A stretch of 64,000 nucleotides of DNA, from contig SICG01000001.1 of NCBI GenBank assembly GCA_009691525.1, forward strand, positions 791-64,790, written 5' to 3'. This stretch comes from Candidatus Latescibacterota bacterium. Lineage in GTDB: Bacteria; Latescibacterota; UBA2968; UBA8231. Below, piece after piece: positions 62,008-64,000 of the stretch (its first letter is position 1; every line of letters begins with the position of its first letter). Both the position numbers and the translations under genes were made by a program. The notes under the pieces were generated by a model. That model saw only the letters and a list, made by a program, of their open reading frames with translations. It made no database searches and was not told the DNA's origin.

Positions 62008-62067
62008 AAAGCTCATGGACCTCTGGTAGTCTGCTAAGGGTAGACTACCAGCCATTCCATGAGCTTT
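62008..62067 (-). terminator. Compound stem-loop (attenuator/partial terminator) in the rplL-rpoB spacer
   Basis: The outer stem GCTCATGGA (62011-62019) pairs with TCCATGAGC (62056-62064). The inner stem CTGGTAGTCT (62023-62032) pairs with AGACTACCAG (62042-62051) around a 9-nt loop. On the minus strand the structure is followed by UUUU. Confidence 0.55.
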
Positions 62068-62105
62068 CGAATGGCGCGTACGAGATCGAAAATTGGAGTG
62101 ACGCC

Positions 62106-62498
62106 TTACTTGATCTCTATGGTGGCGCCGGCCTCGACCATGCGGGCCTGGATATCATCAGCTTCCTGCTTGGAGACCCCTTCCTTGATCGGCTTGGGAG
62201 CTTCGTCCACCAAAGCCTTGGCCTCCTTGAGCCCCAAACTGGTGATTTCTCGCACTACCTTGATCACCTGGATCTTCTTTTCGCCGGCGGCGGTCAGGAT
62301 CACGTCGAAGGTATCCTTTACCGGGGCGGCTTCGGCAGCCGAGGGGGCGACCCCGACCATCATCATCGGTGCGGCGGCGGAAACGCCGAACTTGACCTCC
62401 AAGGCTTTGACCAGCTCAGCCAGTTCGAGCACGGTGAGGCCGCTAATCGTCTCAATGATCCCGGCAACCTTGGCGCTGGGGGTCGTTTCTTCGCTCAT
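62106..62498 (-). CDS. rplL: 50S ribosomal protein L7/L12
   Basis: [24 protein letters not shown]...[23 protein letters not shown]. Confidence 0.98.
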   Translation of the reverse strand: MSEETTPSAKVAGIIETISGLTVLELAELVKALEVKFGVSAAAPMMMVGVAPSAAEAAPVKDTFDVILTAAGEKKIQVIKVVREITSLGLKEAKALVDEAPKPIKEGVSKQEADDIQARMVEAGATIEIK

Positions 62499-62547
62499 TG
62501 CTCAAAAACCTCCATAATGAAGTGTAGGATAATTTGTGATCGGTCGA

Positions 62548-63072
62548 TCAAGCGCTTTCGCCCTGCTTCTTCTCGATAGCGGCGATAACGCCGACGAGGT
62601 TGCGCAACAGACCCGATAGGACTCCCGCAAGGCCGTTGAGCGGTCCCTTGACCGCCCAGACGACTTGGGTGAGGAGCTGTTCGCGCGAGGGCAGGGACGC
62701 GAGGGCTTTGAACTGATCTGCGGAGATGATCTGGCCATCGACCAGGCCGCTCTTGATGGTGATCTTGCCGCCGACGTCGATGAATTTCTGTAAGATCTTT
62801 GCCGGTTCTACTGGATCGTCTTTGGCAAAAGCAATAGCGGTGGGACCGGCAAAGTACGGATCCAGCCCGGCGATACCAGCCTCTTGAGCCGCACGTTTGG
62901 CCAGGCGGTTCTTGACCACCTCGTATTCGACCGATGCCTTGCGCAGCTGGCTGCGCAAATTGGTGACCGAAGCGACATCGAGGCCGGTGAAATCCGCCAG
63001 GAAGATGGCTTTGGATCCCGCCATCTTCTGGGTCAGCTCGTGTACCTTTGTTATCTTTTCTGCGGTGGCCAT
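62548..63072 (-). CDS. rplJ: 50S ribosomal protein L10
   Basis: 174 aa with ADFTGLDVASVTNLRSQLRKASVEYEVVKNRL, located between rplA and rplL. Confidence 0.96.
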   Translation of the reverse strand: MATAEKITKVHELTQKMAGSKAIFLADFTGLDVASVTNLRSQLRKASVEYEVVKNRLAKRAAQEAGIAGLDPYFAGPTAIAFAKDDPVEPAKILQKFIDVGGKITIKSGLVDGQIISADQFKALASLPSREQLLTQVVWAVKGPLNGLAGVLSGLLRNLVGVIAAIEKKQGESA

Positions 63073-63116
63073 TTTCGCGATATCCTCTGTTCTGAACTCA
63101 TTCCAAAGACAGACGC

Positions 63117-63815
63117 TCAGCTGACCAGCGCCGGATCGATGCGCACCCCTGGCCCCATGGTCGAAGAGAGGACCAACTTGCGGATGTAGTGGCCCTTGGC
63201 GGCGGCCGGCTTGGCCCGCATGATCGCCTCGGTAAAGGCCTTGGCGTTTTCGATGATAGATTGTTCGCTGAAAGAGAGTTTACCGATAGGTGCCTGGGCG
63301 TTGTTCCCCGACTTGGCATCAGCGCGGAATTCGATGCGCCCGGCCTTGGCCTCGCTCACTGCCCGACCGACATCGCGAGTAACCGTGCCGGTTTTGGGGT
63401 TTGGCATCAGCCCGCGGGGTCCAAGAATGCGTCCGAGTTTACCCACCTGCCCCATCATGTCCGGGGAGGCGACGACCATGTCGAAACTCAGCCAGCCTTT
63501 TTGAATTTTTTCGACTAAATCGGCACCGCCCACCTCATCAGCACCGGCATCTTGGGCCTCTTTGACTAGTTCGCCCTGGGTGATGACCACGATCCGCACC
63601 GTCTTGCCAGTGCCGTGGGGCAGCATCACCGTTCCGCGCAAGGCCTGATCGGCCTGGCGCCCGTCGATGCCCAGGTGAAAGGACAACTCGACAGTTTCGT
63701 CGAAATTGCGCTTGGGGGCATCCTTCAACAGTTTGACCGCTCCTTCCCACGAGTAGAACTTGCGGCTATCGATGGGTTCTGCGGCTTGCTTGTATTTTTT
63801 TCCTCTGATGGTCAT
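63117..63815 (-). CDS. rplA: 50S ribosomal protein L1
   Basis: [34 protein letters not shown]...[16 protein letters not shown]. Confidence 0.98.
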   Translation of the reverse strand: MTIRGKKYKQAAEPIDSRKFYSWEGAVKLLKDAPKRNFDETVELSFHLGIDGRQADQALRGTVMLPHGTGKTVRIVVITQGELVKEAQDAGADEVGGADLVEKIQKGWLSFDMVVASPDMMGQVGKLGRILGPRGLMPNPKTGTVTRDVGRAVSEAKAGRIEFRADAKSGNNAQAPIGKLSFSEQSIIENAKAFTEAIMRAKPAAAKGHYIRKLVLSSTMGPGVRIDPALVS

Positions 63816-63837
63816 TGCGCTTCTCCCTGACGGCCTC

Positions 63838-64000
63838 CTATGCTTCCACTCTCAGGCCCATGCTCCGGGCCGTACCCGCGACCATTGACATTGCCGCTTC
63901 TACGGAAGCTGCATTCAGGTCGGGCATTTTCATTTCTGCAATTTCGCGCACCTGCGCCTGGGTGACACTGCCCACCTTATCGCGGTTGGGCACACTAGAA
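63838..64000 (-). CDS. rplK: 50S ribosomal protein L11, C-terminal 53 codons; 5' end beyond the window
   Basis: Not in the ORF track. Manual translation ends ...[51 protein letters not shown], with TAG at 63838-63840. Confidence 0.9.
   Translation of the reverse strand, partial: SSVPNRDKVGSVTQAQVREIAEMKMPDLNAASVEAAMSMVAGTARSMGLRVEA

Overview
GC-rich (roughly 60-65% by eye) bacterial chromosomal segment, more than 90% coding. I found no rRNA, tRNA, CRISPR array, transposase or integrase. (1) 36.8-64.0 kb is one uninterrupted minus-strand translation/transcription supercluster: rplK(partial)-rplA-rplJ-rplL-rpoB-rpoC-rpsL-rpsG-fusA-tuf-rpsJ-rplD-rplW-rplB-rpsS-rplV-rpsC-rplP-rpmC-rpsQ-rplN-rplX-rplE-rpsN-rpsH-rplF-rplR-rpsE-rpmD-rplO-secY-rpmJ-rpsM-rpsK-rpsD-rpoA-rplQ. 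It ends in a strong intrinsic terminator. rplC (L3) is missing from its usual slot between rpsJ and rplD, and adk/map/infA are absent between secY and rpmJ. (2) 9.6-27.5 kb is a 16-gene co-directional envelope cluster: moxR-DUF58-[ABC ATPase-ABC-2 permease-tandem GldG-DUF4340]-BatD-like/DUF4381-batA-batB-batC-batD-batE-murG::HEAT-mraY. It is a Bat (aerotolerance-type) operon split by an ABC exporter module and followed by the lipid I/II synthases. I consider this the most unusual architecture in the window. (3) Other genes: a partial M16 peptidase (not in the ORF track), an aldo/keto reductase, IspZ-like protein, L,D-transpeptidase, recG, a PilZ protein, a TPR lipoprotein, an FmdB zinc ribbon, an LpoA-like TPR+periplasmic-binding-fold protein, a ClpX paralog without zinc finger, a sigma-54 activator with a degenerate receiver, and rlmD. 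(4) Two decayed genes: a PilZ-type gene readable only by switching frames at least twice, and a carbohydrate-esterase-like gene with an in-frame TAA. The many long ORFs on the opposite strand or in alternative frames are GC-driven shadows and were rejected. All family calls come from motif recognition by eye and none was checked against a database.
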